Below, one piece after another: positions 35,051 through 44,874 of a stretch of DNA of 64,000 bases. A program made the translations under genes and the position numbers. How positions within the stretch are numbered: position 1 is the stretch's first letter; each line of letters starts with the position of its first letter. The stretch comes from a virus. Lineage: Duplodnaviria; Heunggongvirae; Uroviricota; Caudoviricetes. The stretch lies in the IMG/VR virus record IMGVR_UViG_3300028840_000472. One strand, written 5' to 3'. Under the pieces are notes generated by a model, which was not told the origin of the DNA, searched no databases, and worked only from the letters and a program-made list of their open reading frames with translations.

Positions 35051-36031
35051 TTAGGCGACCAGCTTCAGTGCCATGTTATGCGCTTTCTGCTTCATGCGAT
35101 TGCCATCGCCGAACCAAGCACTGTTCATGCGGTTGTCGATCGTGCGTGTCTTGCGTTCGTGATCCGTGAACCGGGACACTGCATTGACCAGACCCCATGC
35201 TGTACCGCGTGCGCTGACCGTATCCTGACCGACACCATTGTGGAAGATGTCAACCATCGTAGCGATGCGACGCTGCACCTTGTTGTCCTCGACGTTGAAG
35301 CCTTCGTCTTCGGTGTCGTAGAACAGATCGACAAAGAATTCGACGATTTCCTTCTTGCCGACCTTGCGATCAGACAGCGCTTCGCTTTCTTCGATGTAGC
35401 GGGTCCACTCTTCGCTACCGATGTTCAGCTGCTTCTTCACAGTTTCAGCATCGAACACAGTGTGGTGCGGAATGCGGATGTCCGCCTTCTCGCCGTTCTC
35501 GCCGACTGCGAAGCGGAACGTGTTCATGCAAACAACACGAACAGAAGTTTCCGTCGCGATCGTCGACATGCGACCATCGTATGAAGTCGCCAGCATGATG
35601 TAGCGCAGCAGCTGGTCTTGACCCTTCAGACGGAATTCGTCGCCGGTCTTGGCAAGCGCCCAGATCCGCTGACCGCCGCGAAGACTGCCGGCTGTTTCCA
35701 TGTTGAAGCCGTGCGCTTCGATCAGTGACTTGTAGAAGTCGATCACGTCACGCGGCTGCACAATGTTGTAGCCTTCGTCGACTACGGACAGCACCGCCTT
35801 CGTATCGTCGCGAACCAGAACCTGCCGGCTGGGAACTTCCAGCGCGTCGCCGGTATCGGGATCCAGATACATCGCCGGCGCGCCGATAACGTTGTGATCC
35901 AGACCGGCAGCGATGCGCCACTTGTCAAGATCCGCGTCGGCATCCATGGGAACGCCTAGCCCGTGCCACGGGGTGTCGCCGAAGTATGCGATGTTCGCCC
36001 TGCCGTTACTCATATCGATTTCTGCTGACAT
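35051..36031 (-). CDS. DUF932-like phage/plasmid-associated protein (326 aa)
   Basis: Size and overall sequence pattern recalled for the DUF932 / TIGR03299 family. Promoter variant TTGACATCTATTC at 36099..36111 with an AAGGAG RBS. Confidence 0.4.
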   Translation of the reverse strand: MSAEIDMSNGRANIAYFGDTPWHGLGVPMDADADLDKWRIAAGLDHNVIGAPAMYLDPDTGDALEVPSRQVLVRDDTKAVLSVVDEGYNIVQPRDVIDFYKSLIEAHGFNMETAGSLRGGQRIWALAKTGDEFRLKGQDQLLRYIMLATSYDGRMSTIATETSVRVVCMNTFRFAVGENGEKADIRIPHHTVFDAETVKKQLNIGSEEWTRYIEESEALSDRKVGKKEIVEFFVDLFYDTEDEGFNVEDNKVQRRIATMVDIFHNGVGQDTVSARGTAWGLVNAVSRFTDHERKTRTIDNRMNSAWFGDGNRMKQKAHNMALKLVA

Positions 36032-36098
36032 TGGTCTTACTCCTTGTGTTAGTTCTGTAGTTTGTCGTGTACTGCAGGGACTACATTACGACACGAAG

Positions 36099-36111
36099 GA
36101 ATAGATGTCAA
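36099..36111 (-). promoter_or_regulatory. Early promoter variant TTGACATCTATTC (copy 9)
   Basis: -35 TTGACA with 17-nt spacer to TAATGT; 80-nt leader with AAGGAG RBS. Confidence 0.5.
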
Positions 36112-36203
36112 CACTTTTATGAAATTTTTTTCACGGCGTTTGCGACATATAAAGAAAATGGGACGACGGCGCGGGCATCGAAAATGCACCGCCGCCCCCG
36201 TAA

Positions 36204-36431
36204 CTAGGCGCGACGCCTGCGACGTGTCTTTGTAATACGCGAAACAGGTTTCGGAAGGATCGCGTCCATCCGGCCTTCCCAAAAGCGCAGCGTTTCGGTG
36301 CGGTCAAGAATGTCCGCCGCGCTTCGCCCCTGCCAGTAACGCGTAAAATCATAACAACGTCGACACAACCCGCGCGCGATAACGTCTTCGCTATAACATC
36401 CGGGCATCCTGCACGATTGCTTGTCACTCAT
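36204..36431 (-). CDS. Small zinc-finger protein (CRMPGC...CRRC)
   Basis: ORF track; GAGGACAGAACTATG leader. Confidence 0.4.
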   Translation of the reverse strand: MSDKQSCRMPGCYSEDVIARGLCRRCYDFTRYWQGRSAADILDRTETLRFWEGRMDAILPKPVSRITKTRRRRRA

Positions 36432-36496
36432 AGTTCTGTCCTCTATCTAGTTCTGTGGTTCTGAATTTGCGACTGTATCGTCGCCCTGCTTAAAAG

Positions 36497-37963
36497 TCAA
36501 ATGTCGTAGTATTCATTCCCGATCGGATCCAGCACGAACAGGTTGTGACGTGCGCGCGTCAGCCCCGTGTAGAAGACGCGATGCTCGTCGTCCGGTGACA
36601 GGTCATAACTTTGACGCGTTCGATATGTGATGTCAGTACACAGTACGACGTTGTCTGCTTCGCCGCCCTTCACGCTGTGAATCGTCCCGGTGTAGATGCG
36701 CGGTTCGTCCGTTAGCTTTTCACCGTTGCGCAGTATCGACTGGTAATACTGTCGCGTCGCGTCGCCGATCGTCAGCAGCTGGTCGTACCACGGCAGTTCG
36801 AAGTTCACACCGAAGCGCTTCACGTCGTCGCGTGTAACGTGTTCGTCGTCTTCCACATGCAGGTCGATGCGGTTGTGTCCAAGGTAGCCGTTAACGTGTT
36901 CCAGTGCGTGCCCTGTGATGCCTTCGCCCTTGCGCAGTGCTTCGTATAAAATTATCGCGCGCACTTCGTCTTCGTCGACCGACGACTTTCGCGTCGTCTT
37001 GTACGCGTAGCCAAGCAGTTCGATCTGGTGCCTGAAGTCCTGCAGGAAGTGATGCGAGCGCGCGAGAAACATCCACGTCCCGTTCGCAAGATCGAACTCT
37101 TCGTCGACCGTCGCGCGTATCACGTTGCCTTCGTGCCCTGCCGACTGCCAGTTCTTCGCGTAGCGACGTCCAATGCGTTGCGACACTTCGTTCGCCATGT
37201 CGAAGATCGGACCGGGCAAGCGGTAACTGACCGGCAACACTTCCGGCGCGTCGCTGATCTGCAGGAAGTGATTCACGTCAGCGCCTGACCAGCGGTAGAT
37301 CGCCTGATCGTCGTCGCCTGCGACATAGATTTCAGGGACGTTGCGGAACATGTGCTGCGCGACCTGCCACTGCTTCACCGACAGATCCTGCGCTTCGTCA
37401 ATGATCACGACGTCGAGATCAAGCGGTTCGCAGTTGTCGACGAAACGGTCCAGCATGTCGTCGAAGTCCAGCTTGAACATGTCGCGCTTGTAGTGCTTCA
37501 GGGAATCCGCGAAGTATTTCAGCGCGTGCCACTCCACGCCTTCCCCTGTCGCGTGCCACGCTTCTTCCAGCGACGTGCATGTCGCCCGTGCATAGCTGAC
37601 GATCTGCAGCATCTTGGACCCGTCAGCGCCTGCAGGGATCGGTCCTTCGGCATCCGTGAATGAATTGAACCCCATCCCGACAAGGTTGCCGAAGTCGCGG
37701 TAGTCGCGGTTCCCCATGACTTCGCTTTTCGTTACGTTCGCGTGCGCGTACGCGATAGAATGCAGCGTCCTGAAGTATGGCAGCTGGCTGCGGTCGAAAT
37801 CGAAACGCTTCGCCGCGCGTTCCGCTGCTTCGTTTGCAGCCTTGCGTGTGAATGACACGAACGCGATACGCGACGGATCGATACCGCTGGCGATCTCTTC
37901 TTCAACGATCGACAGCAGCCGCGTCGTCTTGCCGGTCCCCGGTCCGCCCAGTATAAGCCGCAT
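36497..37963 (-). CDS. Superfamily 1 DNA helicase (UvrD/Rep-like)
   Basis: Walker A LILGGPGTGKTT, motif II VVIIDEAQDLS, C-terminal FYTGLTRARHNLFVLD (UvrD_C_2-like). Start overlaps the primase stop. Confidence 0.7.
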   Translation of the reverse strand: MRLILGGPGTGKTTRLLSIVEEEIASGIDPSRIAFVSFTRKAANEAAERAAKRFDFDRSQLPYFRTLHSIAYAHANVTKSEVMGNRDYRDFGNLVGMGFNSFTDAEGPIPAGADGSKMLQIVSYARATCTSLEEAWHATGEGVEWHALKYFADSLKHYKRDMFKLDFDDMLDRFVDNCEPLDLDVVIIDEAQDLSVKQWQVAQHMFRNVPEIYVAGDDDQAIYRWSGADVNHFLQISDAPEVLPVSYRLPGPIFDMANEVSQRIGRRYAKNWQSAGHEGNVIRATVDEEFDLANGTWMFLARSHHFLQDFRHQIELLGYAYKTTRKSSVDEDEVRAIILYEALRKGEGITGHALEHVNGYLGHNRIDLHVEDDEHVTRDDVKRFGVNFELPWYDQLLTIGDATRQYYQSILRNGEKLTDEPRIYTGTIHSVKGGEADNVVLCTDITYRTRQSYDLSPDDEHRVFYTGLTRARHNLFVLDPIGNEYYDI

Positions 37964-39492
37964 CAGAACGCGGTTTCCGGTAGCCTTGCAGGGTCGTGAT
38001 CGCCGTCCTGCGTTACGAATTCAGGTACGGACCAGCAGCGAACGTTCTTGCCCTTCGCCTTGAACTGTCTGTTCGTGATCGATGTCCGTTCCTGAAGTAC
38101 GCCGAAGATCTGGTTATCCTTCAACGTTCGGAACTGTTGCTGGTGCAGGTACTTCTTGAAGTCGACGCCACGGAACAGGGTGCGACCTTCTTCTGTCCAT
38201 GGCTTGCCCATCAGGATTTCTTCGCGAACGCGTGCCTGTGCGCGTGTCGTGCAAAACTGTTCGAGGTGGTACATTAACTGGCCGGCTGGACTGGCGTCGT
38301 CAGGCGCTTCGATTATGTTTACTTTTTTCAGAAGCCCCTGAATTAGATTTGTCCACGCCTTGTTCCCGATCTTGTGCGGCAATTCGTTCAGCTTTTCCAT
38401 GCAGCGCTTGCCTAGTAACGCTTGCGACATTAGTTCTTCGGTCTGTAGTTGAATGCGAACCCCGTTGATCGTCACGATCCACAACGGCGGGTCGGTGATA
38501 ATCTTGTCGAGTGCGTCGATCATGATACCGGGATCGGTAGGTTCGCCGCCGCCGATACCGAACTGTCGCTGTTTGCATATCGACTTGTTGCAGTAATTAC
38601 ATATAGGGGAAACTTCGCACCGGTAAAAATAGTCTTTCTTGCTTAGTGTTTTTTCGATCGTTGCGACTTCGTTATACGGCAACGGTTCGGACATGTACTT
38701 GTTGTTGTACTCGTTCAGCAGTTCCTGCCAGTCGCCATCCGGTCGAACCAGATGTGCATATACGCCCATGTTGAACAGCGTTTCATTGCGCCCGCCTTCC
38801 GGGACGCCTTTCTTTGCGAGTGCTTGAAGGCACGGCGGTCCGTCAGGGAATGGCGCGTCGGGATCCGCTTCGACTTTTATCGCGCTGATCGCGTCCGGTG
38901 TCAGCGCTTTCGCTTCGCAGTAGTCTAGGAATTCATTGACGTCGTAGATCGGTTTGCCGTTCTGCATACCGTAGCGCACGGTACGTTCCGCGTCGAAGTA
39001 CGGCATGTTCAACCAGTTCCCGACGTCGCCGTCGTCAATGGTTGATTGCTTCGGGAATATTTCCGATCCTTGGAAATCTAGGTTATCGCACAGGATACCC
39101 AGCGCGCGACGCATTTCGCTCGCCGGCACAGGTTCCGTCGTGAACAGGAAAAGGTGCGCGCCGCCTGACTTGCTGCGACATGCGACAAGCGGACTTTTTC
39201 GTTCGTGCAGTACACGGCTAATATGCGCAGGATCGAAGTCGCGGTATTCATCGATGTCGATGCTGCCCCACGTGCACATATCGTCGCCCATTATGGGAAC
39301 GATGCCGATGCCTGTTTCGCCCTTCAGGTGCGCGGTAACTTCCTTGACGCCCCAGCTATCCTGACGCGTCATCGCCTGCCCTTCGGCCTTCCCCTTCGAA
39401 CTTGTCTTGCCTGTTAGCTTGTATGTGCCATACGCACGATCCAGCCCCCTAAAAATACGAATAAATCTTTCCGCAGTTTGTTCGATGCCCAT
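37963..39492 (-). CDS. DNA primase-polymerase (AEP/PrimPol N-terminal domain plus PriCT-1-like C-terminal domain)
   Basis: GIGIVPIMGDDMCTWGSIDIDEY (DxD) and SKSGGAHLFLF (sGG.H.h) prim-pol motifs; GGRNETLFNMGVYAHL PriCT-1-like motif. Confidence 0.65.
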   Translation of the reverse strand: MGIEQTAERFIRIFRGLDRAYGTYKLTGKTSSKGKAEGQAMTRQDSWGVKEVTAHLKGETGIGIVPIMGDDMCTWGSIDIDEYRDFDPAHISRVLHERKSPLVACRSKSGGAHLFLFTTEPVPASEMRRALGILCDNLDFQGSEIFPKQSTIDDGDVGNWLNMPYFDAERTVRYGMQNGKPIYDVNEFLDYCEAKALTPDAISAIKVEADPDAPFPDGPPCLQALAKKGVPEGGRNETLFNMGVYAHLVRPDGDWQELLNEYNNKYMSEPLPYNEVATIEKTLSKKDYFYRCEVSPICNYCNKSICKQRQFGIGGGEPTDPGIMIDALDKIITDPPLWIVTINGVRIQLQTEELMSQALLGKRCMEKLNELPHKIGNKAWTNLIQGLLKKVNIIEAPDDASPAGQLMYHLEQFCTTRAQARVREEILMGKPWTEEGRTLFRGVDFKKYLHQQQFRTLKDNQIFGVLQERTSITNRQFKAKGKNVRCWSVPEFVTQDGDHDPARLPETAF

Positions 39493-39545
39493 AGTAAAAA
39501 ATGACGCGCCCGGAATCGGGCGCGCCCCTTCGCTGCTGTTGTTGT

Positions 39546-40394
39546 TTAGAAGCCGGGAACATCCCCTTCTTCGTCGTCGTAACTACCCGCGCCAGACACG
39601 GTGCCGCCCGAAGGTTCGTCCATGTCATGCTGCACGGTAGCAGCGCCAGACTTGACGGCGTCACGGAACGCGCGCGCTGTCTGGTAGATACGCTGGTCGT
39701 CAGCGCTTTCTTCGTCAAGGAAACGAAGGTGCGCGATCTTCCAGCCCGACCACGACCCCTGATCATTCGATTCAGGTACGGTCGTGCACTTGAACACACT
39801 GGCAAACATCGCCGGGTTGTACAGTTGTCCGTCCTTGCGCTTCTTCAACAAGTTCTGCATCTGTGTCATCCAGCGCTTCGACTTCTTCTGCTGCGTCGAA
39901 GACATTGTCACGACACACGGATGCGTCGCCATGTTTTCATCGACACGCAGAACGTAATGTATACGCGTGTCTACCAGCTGGTTTCCTGTCGTCTGAAGTA
40001 TGTCGCGATTTTTTTCATCGCGTTCGCACTTCTTCAACAGTTCCACGCCTTCTTCCGGTGGATACTCCGCAACGAATCCGCCGCCGTCTTCGCGCTTCTT
40101 CCATTCAACGAACACGCGCCGGTAATGACACGGGACAAGATTAACGCCTGTTTCCTTGCCTTCGAATGTCTCTTCCAGTACGTTGTCGAAGAACTCGCCA
40201 GCGCGTGCGTCTTCGATATACTCGCCTTTTGTTTCGTCAAGCTGCGGCGACATTTTTTGCAGGATACGAAGGAAAGGAATCGCAAACGAATCGCGATCCG
40301 CTTCTTCGAAGCCGGCACCGGCATCGTCTTCAAATGACACAGCGCCTTGTACCAGTGCTGTTTCCTTTGCTTCTGCTATTTCTGTTTCTGGCAT
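39546..40394 (-). CDS. ssDNA-binding-like protein (DUF2815-type) with acidic C-terminal tail ending in F
   Basis: C-terminus ...YDDEEGDVPGF mimics the SSB acidic tail (DDDIPF). Sits in the replication module. Confidence 0.45.
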   Translation of the reverse strand: MPETEIAEAKETALVQGAVSFEDDAGAGFEEADRDSFAIPFLRILQKMSPQLDETKGEYIEDARAGEFFDNVLEETFEGKETGVNLVPCHYRRVFVEWKKREDGGGFVAEYPPEEGVELLKKCERDEKNRDILQTTGNQLVDTRIHYVLRVDENMATHPCVVTMSSTQQKKSKRWMTQMQNLLKKRKDGQLYNPAMFASVFKCTTVPESNDQGSWSGWKIAHLRFLDEESADDQRIYQTARAFRDAVKSGAATVQHDMDEPSGGTVSGAGSYDDEEGDVPGF

Positions 40395-40451
40395 TTCAAT
40401 TACTCCTTGAAGGTGTCCGCATTTTTATCGCGCTGCGAACTTCGACGCGTG

Positions 40452-41006
40452 TTACTTGATTACAGACTGCGTGACAAAATGAACGCCGAACAATTCCAGC
40501 GGAACGTCAACACCGTTCGCGATCATTTCCTTGATAGCAGCCTTCACGGATCCAGTGTTCACTATTTCGGTTATGCTGTATTCACTATACCCGTTCGATT
40601 CTAAAAACTTTGCGAAGTTTTCCGCCGCGTTACGATCGCCGCGATCGAATACGTATTCGATGTCGGTCTTCACTAGCGACGCGTGTTCATTATCGATCAG
40701 CCACTGACATGCCGCCGCTTTGTTCTTATTCGCGATCGATGCGTACATGTCTTCGCGTATTTCAACGCGTGACCCATCCTGCAGAACGACCTGCGACAAA
40801 CCGATTTCCTTCATTAAGTCGGGCAGATCTTTTTCGCGTGTCGTACGCAGTTCATTCTTCGCTTTCTTTAATTCTTCTTCCAGCAGCGTGACGCGCTTTT
40901 CCTGTTGCTGCTGCATCTTGGCAAGGTTCGCGACGCGCTTCAGATCGTTGTCTGTATAGCTCGCGTTATCGCTGAACGAATCTTCTTCAAAGCTTACTGT
41001 GTCCAT
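40452..41006 (-). CDS. Hypothetical protein with N-terminal coiled coil (184 aa)
   Basis: ORF track. Confidence 0.45.
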   Translation of the reverse strand: MDTVSFEEDSFSDNASYTDNDLKRVANLAKMQQQQEKRVTLLEEELKKAKNELRTTREKDLPDLMKEIGLSQVVLQDGSRVEIREDMYASIANKNKAAACQWLIDNEHASLVKTDIEYVFDRGDRNAAENFAKFLESNGYSEYSITEIVNTGSVKAAIKEMIANGVDVPLELFGVHFVTQSVIK

Positions 41007-41010
41007 GGTC

Positions 41011-41361
41011 TTAGCTCCTGATGTTTATTTGCGTCGCTATGTAACGGCGCTGCCTGCCGTCCCATATCAGCGTCTTATAGCGGCCCCTGTTGTTATCATG
41101 TGCAACGCATGTCGCTGCGCTGAACGCGTTAGGATCGCCGCACGAAACGATGTAGTCGTCGTCGCTGAAGTCTTTCATTTTCTGCTTCAATTTCTGGACC
41201 CACGGTGCCGGCGATAACATTACCTTCCCCGGCGGCAGCAGAACTACTATTTCGCCGTAAGCGCTCGCTGGTGTCAAGTCTATTGTGGCTTCGAATTCCC
41301 CTGTCTGTTTGTTGCGACGTGTTGGTATTTGCGGTACGTAAACAATCGGCCTTTTATCCAT
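41011..41361 (-). CDS. Hypothetical protein (116 aa)
   Basis: ORF track. Confidence 0.45.
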   Translation of the reverse strand: MDKRPIVYVPQIPTRRNKQTGEFEATIDLTPASAYGEIVVLLPPGKVMLSPAPWVQKLKQKMKDFSDDDYIVSCGDPNAFSAATCVAHDNNRGRYKTLIWDGRQRRYIATQINIRS

Positions 41362-41363
41362 GG

Positions 41364-42944
41364 TTACAATGCGTCCAGTACGGTATCAGAAAGTCTCTGT
41401 TTGTCTAGTAAAATCGATGTAATTCTATCGTCAATTGTGCCCGCTGCTTGCAGGTCGACGTAAGTGACGTTCTTCTTTTGTCCTATGCGGTGCGCGCGGT
41501 CCTCACTCTGTAGTCGGGTTTCCAGACTAAAGTCGTTACTGAAGTACGCGACGTATTCCGCCGCTGTAAGTGTAATTCCGATTCCCCCGGACCGTGGCTG
41601 ACCAACAAAGAACCGGGCCTGATCAGAAAGATCGACGGGTTCGATCCTGTGTTCCCCGGTCTTTGCATTGACGTGGTGACGTTCACCCTGAAACCGTGCC
41701 ACTGCTTCAGTTCTATCATCGTCTTCTACTCCCCCGTGGTATTCGACAACGGATCCGCGCCCGTACTTCTCGCGAAGTGCTTCAGCGATTGCGGCTATTT
41801 CAGGACGGAAGCGCGCCCAGATAATCCACTTCGCCTGCGTTTCATCGATGACGTTCATTAACGCGTCGACACGCGCGTTCTTTTCATCGATGGCGTGTAC
41901 CTTGCCTTCTTCGTCAGTGAAGAAACCGCCGACGATCTGCTGCAGTCGTAGCAGTCGCGTCAGCGCATTCTTGATCTGTGTTTTCGTGCCGTCGCTTTGC
42001 AGATACTTCAGGATTTCATCTTCGAAGTTTTCCGCGTCGAAAAGTGTCGCGTCGTCGGACATGCCTTCGCTGCGACGTAATTCCACGACCGTCTTTTTCA
42101 ACGCGTCGTCGTAGATGCGCCGCTGTTCCTTGGAAAGTTCGACCGGGTAAACTTCGTAGATCTTCTGCGGAAGATCCAGACAGTCCTTTTTCAGTTTGCG
42201 GTATGTCACCGGACGGATCAGGTCCGTCAGTTCCGACAGGTTCCTGTAGCTGACCAGTGCGTCGTAGAACCCGCGCTTGTTGTTTACCTTGCGCCGTTCG
42301 TACAGCGCGAAGTGTGACTTGAAACTTGTGAATGTACTATGCCCGATGATATGCCTGTTCAGGAACGCGTACTGCGCGTACAGATCAAGCGGTCCCTGTG
42401 TTATTGACGTCCCTGTCAGGATCCTACGGTACGAAGCAAACTTGCCAAGGTTCACCAGATTGCGCGTGCGCGCAACGCCCGGTGTCTTGATGCGTGACGA
42501 TTCGTCGACCGTCAGCAGTGTTCGGAATGTGTTCAGCAGCCGGCGCAGAAACGCGGTGCCCTTCTTCGTCGACAACGCTTCGATGTTCATCGCGACAACA
42601 CGCAGCGGACCGGATTCCTGCTTGAACAGGTTTTCGAGTGCGGCGCGTTCGTGCTTGCGCGGACTGGCGACCCAGTAACCCGACACGACCGGGATGTGGT
42701 CGGGCATGTGTACCGGGACTTCTTTCAGCGTCCAGTTCGTGTGCACGCCGTTCGGCGCGACGACAACCAGCGCGTCGATATTTCCGCAGCCATACAGCCA
42801 CGCGGACGTGTCGACAATTACCTTCGACTTGCCCGTGCCCATTTCCATTAGAAGCGCGAATGCTTCTTCGTCACGGGACAGCAGGAACGCTTCGTGCTGG
42901 TGTGCGTACGGCTCGGTCTTGTACTGATAATCTGACTGTGTCAA
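41364..42944 (-). CDS. SNF2-family (DEAD/DEAH-like) helicase; first gene of the leftward early operon
   Basis: Motif I LLMEMGTGKSKV, motif II DESSRIK, motif VI QSEDRAHRIGQKKNV. Confidence 0.8.
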   Translation of the reverse strand: MTQSDYQYKTEPYAHQHEAFLLSRDEEAFALLMEMGTGKSKVIVDTSAWLYGCGNIDALVVVAPNGVHTNWTLKEVPVHMPDHIPVVSGYWVASPRKHERAALENLFKQESGPLRVVAMNIEALSTKKGTAFLRRLLNTFRTLLTVDESSRIKTPGVARTRNLVNLGKFASYRRILTGTSITQGPLDLYAQYAFLNRHIIGHSTFTSFKSHFALYERRKVNNKRGFYDALVSYRNLSELTDLIRPVTYRKLKKDCLDLPQKIYEVYPVELSKEQRRIYDDALKKTVVELRRSEGMSDDATLFDAENFEDEILKYLQSDGTKTQIKNALTRLLRLQQIVGGFFTDEEGKVHAIDEKNARVDALMNVIDETQAKWIIWARFRPEIAAIAEALREKYGRGSVVEYHGGVEDDDRTEAVARFQGERHHVNAKTGEHRIEPVDLSDQARFFVGQPRSGGIGITLTAAEYVAYFSNDFSLETRLQSEDRAHRIGQKKNVTYVDLQAAGTIDDRITSILLDKQRLSDTVLDAL

Positions 42945-43062
42945 TTCTGAACATCCTTGTTTCTGTCAGTTCTATGACGGGGCATTATACACCACACGAA
43001 CGAAAAGGGAACCGCGCTAAATACTTGATTGCAAAGGTCGGAAATTTTATTTGCTAAAGGTG

Positions 43063-43075
43063 TTGACTTTTATGC
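43063..43075 (+). promoter_or_regulatory. Conserved early promoter, plus strand (TTGACTTTTATGC, copy 10), -10 ATTATA
   Basis: Preceded by AAAGGTG as in other copies; 78-nt leader ends in GAGGACACGACAATG. Confidence 0.6.
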
Positions 43076-43140
43076 CGTAACCCGTATTATAGAAACCGTA
43101 GGACGTTACGACAAAACTTTAGAACTTAGAGGACACGACA

Positions 43141-43434
43141 ATGACCGACACAATCAAGACAGGCGACAAGGTTCGCAGCTTCGACTTCGCAGACGGTGAT
43201 TGGGGTCGCTGGTTGATCGGCGAACACGAACGCGCCGCCTACGTCGAAGGCGAAGTCGTCGAGATCTTCGAACACATACACGGCTATCAGTCGTACCGTA
43301 TCAAGGTCACGAAGGACGTCTTCGGCAACGTAGACCAGACCGACAAAGGCTACAGGACTGAAGTCGTCGTACCGGTCAACGGAACACCGAAGGGTTTCGG
43401 CGACGAAGTCTGCGACGGCGTTGAAAAGATTTAA
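43141..43434 (+). CDS. Hypothetical early protein (97 aa)
   Basis: ORF track; conserved leader. Confidence 0.5.
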   Translation: MTDTIKTGDKVRSFDFADGDWGRWLIGEHERAAYVEGEVVEIFEHIHGYQSYRIKVTKDVFGNVDQTDKGYRTEVVVPVNGTPKGFGDEVCDGVEKI

Positions 43435-43455
43435 TCAACCATAGAGGACACGACC

Positions 43456-43767
43456 ATGAACTACTTAAACGACAAAATTGAACTGACAATCGACAGCGTT
43501 GAATACCATCGTAACGGCATCGGCGGCGAAGGTTTCTACGCGATGCGTCTGGAACTTCTCGACAAGTATGAACCCGGCACAACGAAGACGTTGATCGTCA
43601 CCATCGAAGCCGACGAAGATGACCCGGACAACAAGCTGAACTACAGAAGCTGCCGCGTGATCAATCCGTTCGACGTGACTGACAAGTATCGCGGCGACAT
43701 AATCGGCGACCTGCTTGCCGCTAACGCGAAGGATATATTCAACGCGTACAGCGACGGGGGTGCGTAA
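43456..43767 (+). CDS. Hypothetical early protein (103 aa)
   Basis: ORF track; GAGGACACGACCATG leader. Confidence 0.5.
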   Translation: MNYLNDKIELTIDSVEYHRNGIGGEGFYAMRLELLDKYEPGTTKTLIVTIEADEDDPDNKLNYRSCRVINPFDVTDKYRGDIIGDLLAANAKDIFNAYSDGGA

Positions 43768-43979
43768 TGTTCAAGGTAGTGACAACCTATCGCGACGGAT
43801 TCATCGAAGACGCCGCCTACGCGTCCGCGATGAAATCATTCACGACACTGAACGCGGCGATCCGTTTTGCGGACGACGAAGCCGGCTGGGAATCCTGCGC
43901 GACAGTTAACGTCTACGACGGCGACCGCTGCGTGTACTCCCTGAACGGGACGTTCGCATGGCTGGATAAATCCGACTAA
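43767..43979 (+). CDS. Hypothetical early protein (70 aa)
   Basis: ORF track; TAATG coupling. Confidence 0.45.
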   Translation: MFKVVTTYRDGFIEDAAYASAMKSFTTLNAAIRFADDEAGWESCATVNVYDGDRCVYSLNGTFAWLDKSD

Positions 43980-43998
43980 AATTTTTTTGCTAAAGGTG

Positions 43999-44011
43999 TT
44001 GACATATATGC
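43999..44011 (+). promoter_or_regulatory. Conserved early promoter TTGACATATATGC (copy 11), -10 TATAGT
   Basis: 13-mer plus 65-nt leader. Confidence 0.6.
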
Positions 44012-44063
44012 CGATAGCCCTTATAGTGAACACACACTGCAACGAAATTTAGAGGACACGACA

Positions 44064-44237
44064 ATGACGAACACCCAGATCGCAGAGCAGATCGAAGCCG
44101 CCAAGTACCGCCAGCTTGTACTTAACTGCCACAAGCGCGGCATGTCGATCGCTGAATCCGTCCGCATCCGCATCGCGATTTCGCTTGATTTCTGCCGGGA
44201 TTCCGCTGAAGATCCGCGCGCCGGGGAGATCTACTAA
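44064..44237 (+). CDS. Hypothetical early protein (57 aa; below the ORF-track length cut-off)
   Basis: ATG after GAGGACACGACA; translation MTNTQIAEQIEAAKYRQLVLNCHKRGMSIAESVRIRIAISLDFCRDSAEDPRAGEIY. Confidence 0.45.
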   Translation: MTNTQIAEQIEAAKYRQLVLNCHKRGMSIAESVRIRIAISLDFCRDSAEDPRAGEIY

Positions 44238-44255
44238 ATTTTTTACCGCAGGGGG

Positions 44256-44268
44256 TTGACATTTATGC
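44256..44268 (+). promoter_or_regulatory. Conserved early promoter TTGACATTTATGC (copy 12), -10 CATAAT (spacer 18)
   Basis: 13-mer plus 66-nt leader ending in GGGACACGACAATG. Confidence 0.6.
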
Positions 44269-44321
44269 CCGACCCCCTGCATAATGAACCTACACTGAAC
44301 GAACACACAAGGGACACGACA

Positions 44322-44483
44322 ATGACGAACAAAGAGATCAACGCCAAGATTCAGGAAGGCAACGCCCACAAGGCAGCAGGTCGTTACGAAGAAGCTGCCA
44401 TGGCATACGAAGAAGTCTACGCGATCACCCGCGACAACATCTTCCGCCGTTGGGGTGCCGAAATGTGGCACAAGGTTCAGTAA
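44322..44483 (+). CDS. Hypothetical early protein (53 aa)
   Basis: Internal ATG of track ORF 44256..44483, positioned by the conserved leader. Confidence 0.45.
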   Translation: MTNKEINAKIQEGNAHKAAGRYEEAAMAYEEVYAITRDNIFRRWGAEMWHKVQ

Positions 44484-44510
44484 TCCACCGCAACCATAGA
44501 GGACACGACA

Positions 44511-44840
44511 ATGGCACGAAACGAATTCAAACAGGACAAGTTCAGGGTCGAAAATCCCTTCGGCAACCCGAAGGACTACAATCAGCACCTGCTGAACAAG
44601 CTGACCCACGCGCACGGCTTCGTTATGGAACACGTGCTGGACGATGACCGGGAAGAACAGAACAGCCGCTACGCCGGCGCTGCACTCGCCCGCGAAGTGA
44701 TCGGTCGGGAAGTGGTACAGGCTGCGGTCGACTTCAACAAGTGGGAAGCTGCGCAGCATACCTGCGGCCCCGCTGCCGGTGATCAGAAAGGCCGGCTTGA
44801 ACTCTTCCGCAACCGCCGCGCGGCAAGGAACGCGGCCTGA
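44511..44840 (+). CDS. Hypothetical early protein (109 aa)
   Basis: ORF track; GAGGACACGACAATG leader. Confidence 0.45.
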   Translation: MARNEFKQDKFRVENPFGNPKDYNQHLLNKLTHAHGFVMEHVLDDDREEQNSRYAGAALAREVIGREVVQAAVDFNKWEAAQHTCGPAAGDQKGRLELFRNRRAARNAA

Positions 44841-44874
44841 TCTTCGGATCAGGTCGCCCATAGATGACACGACA

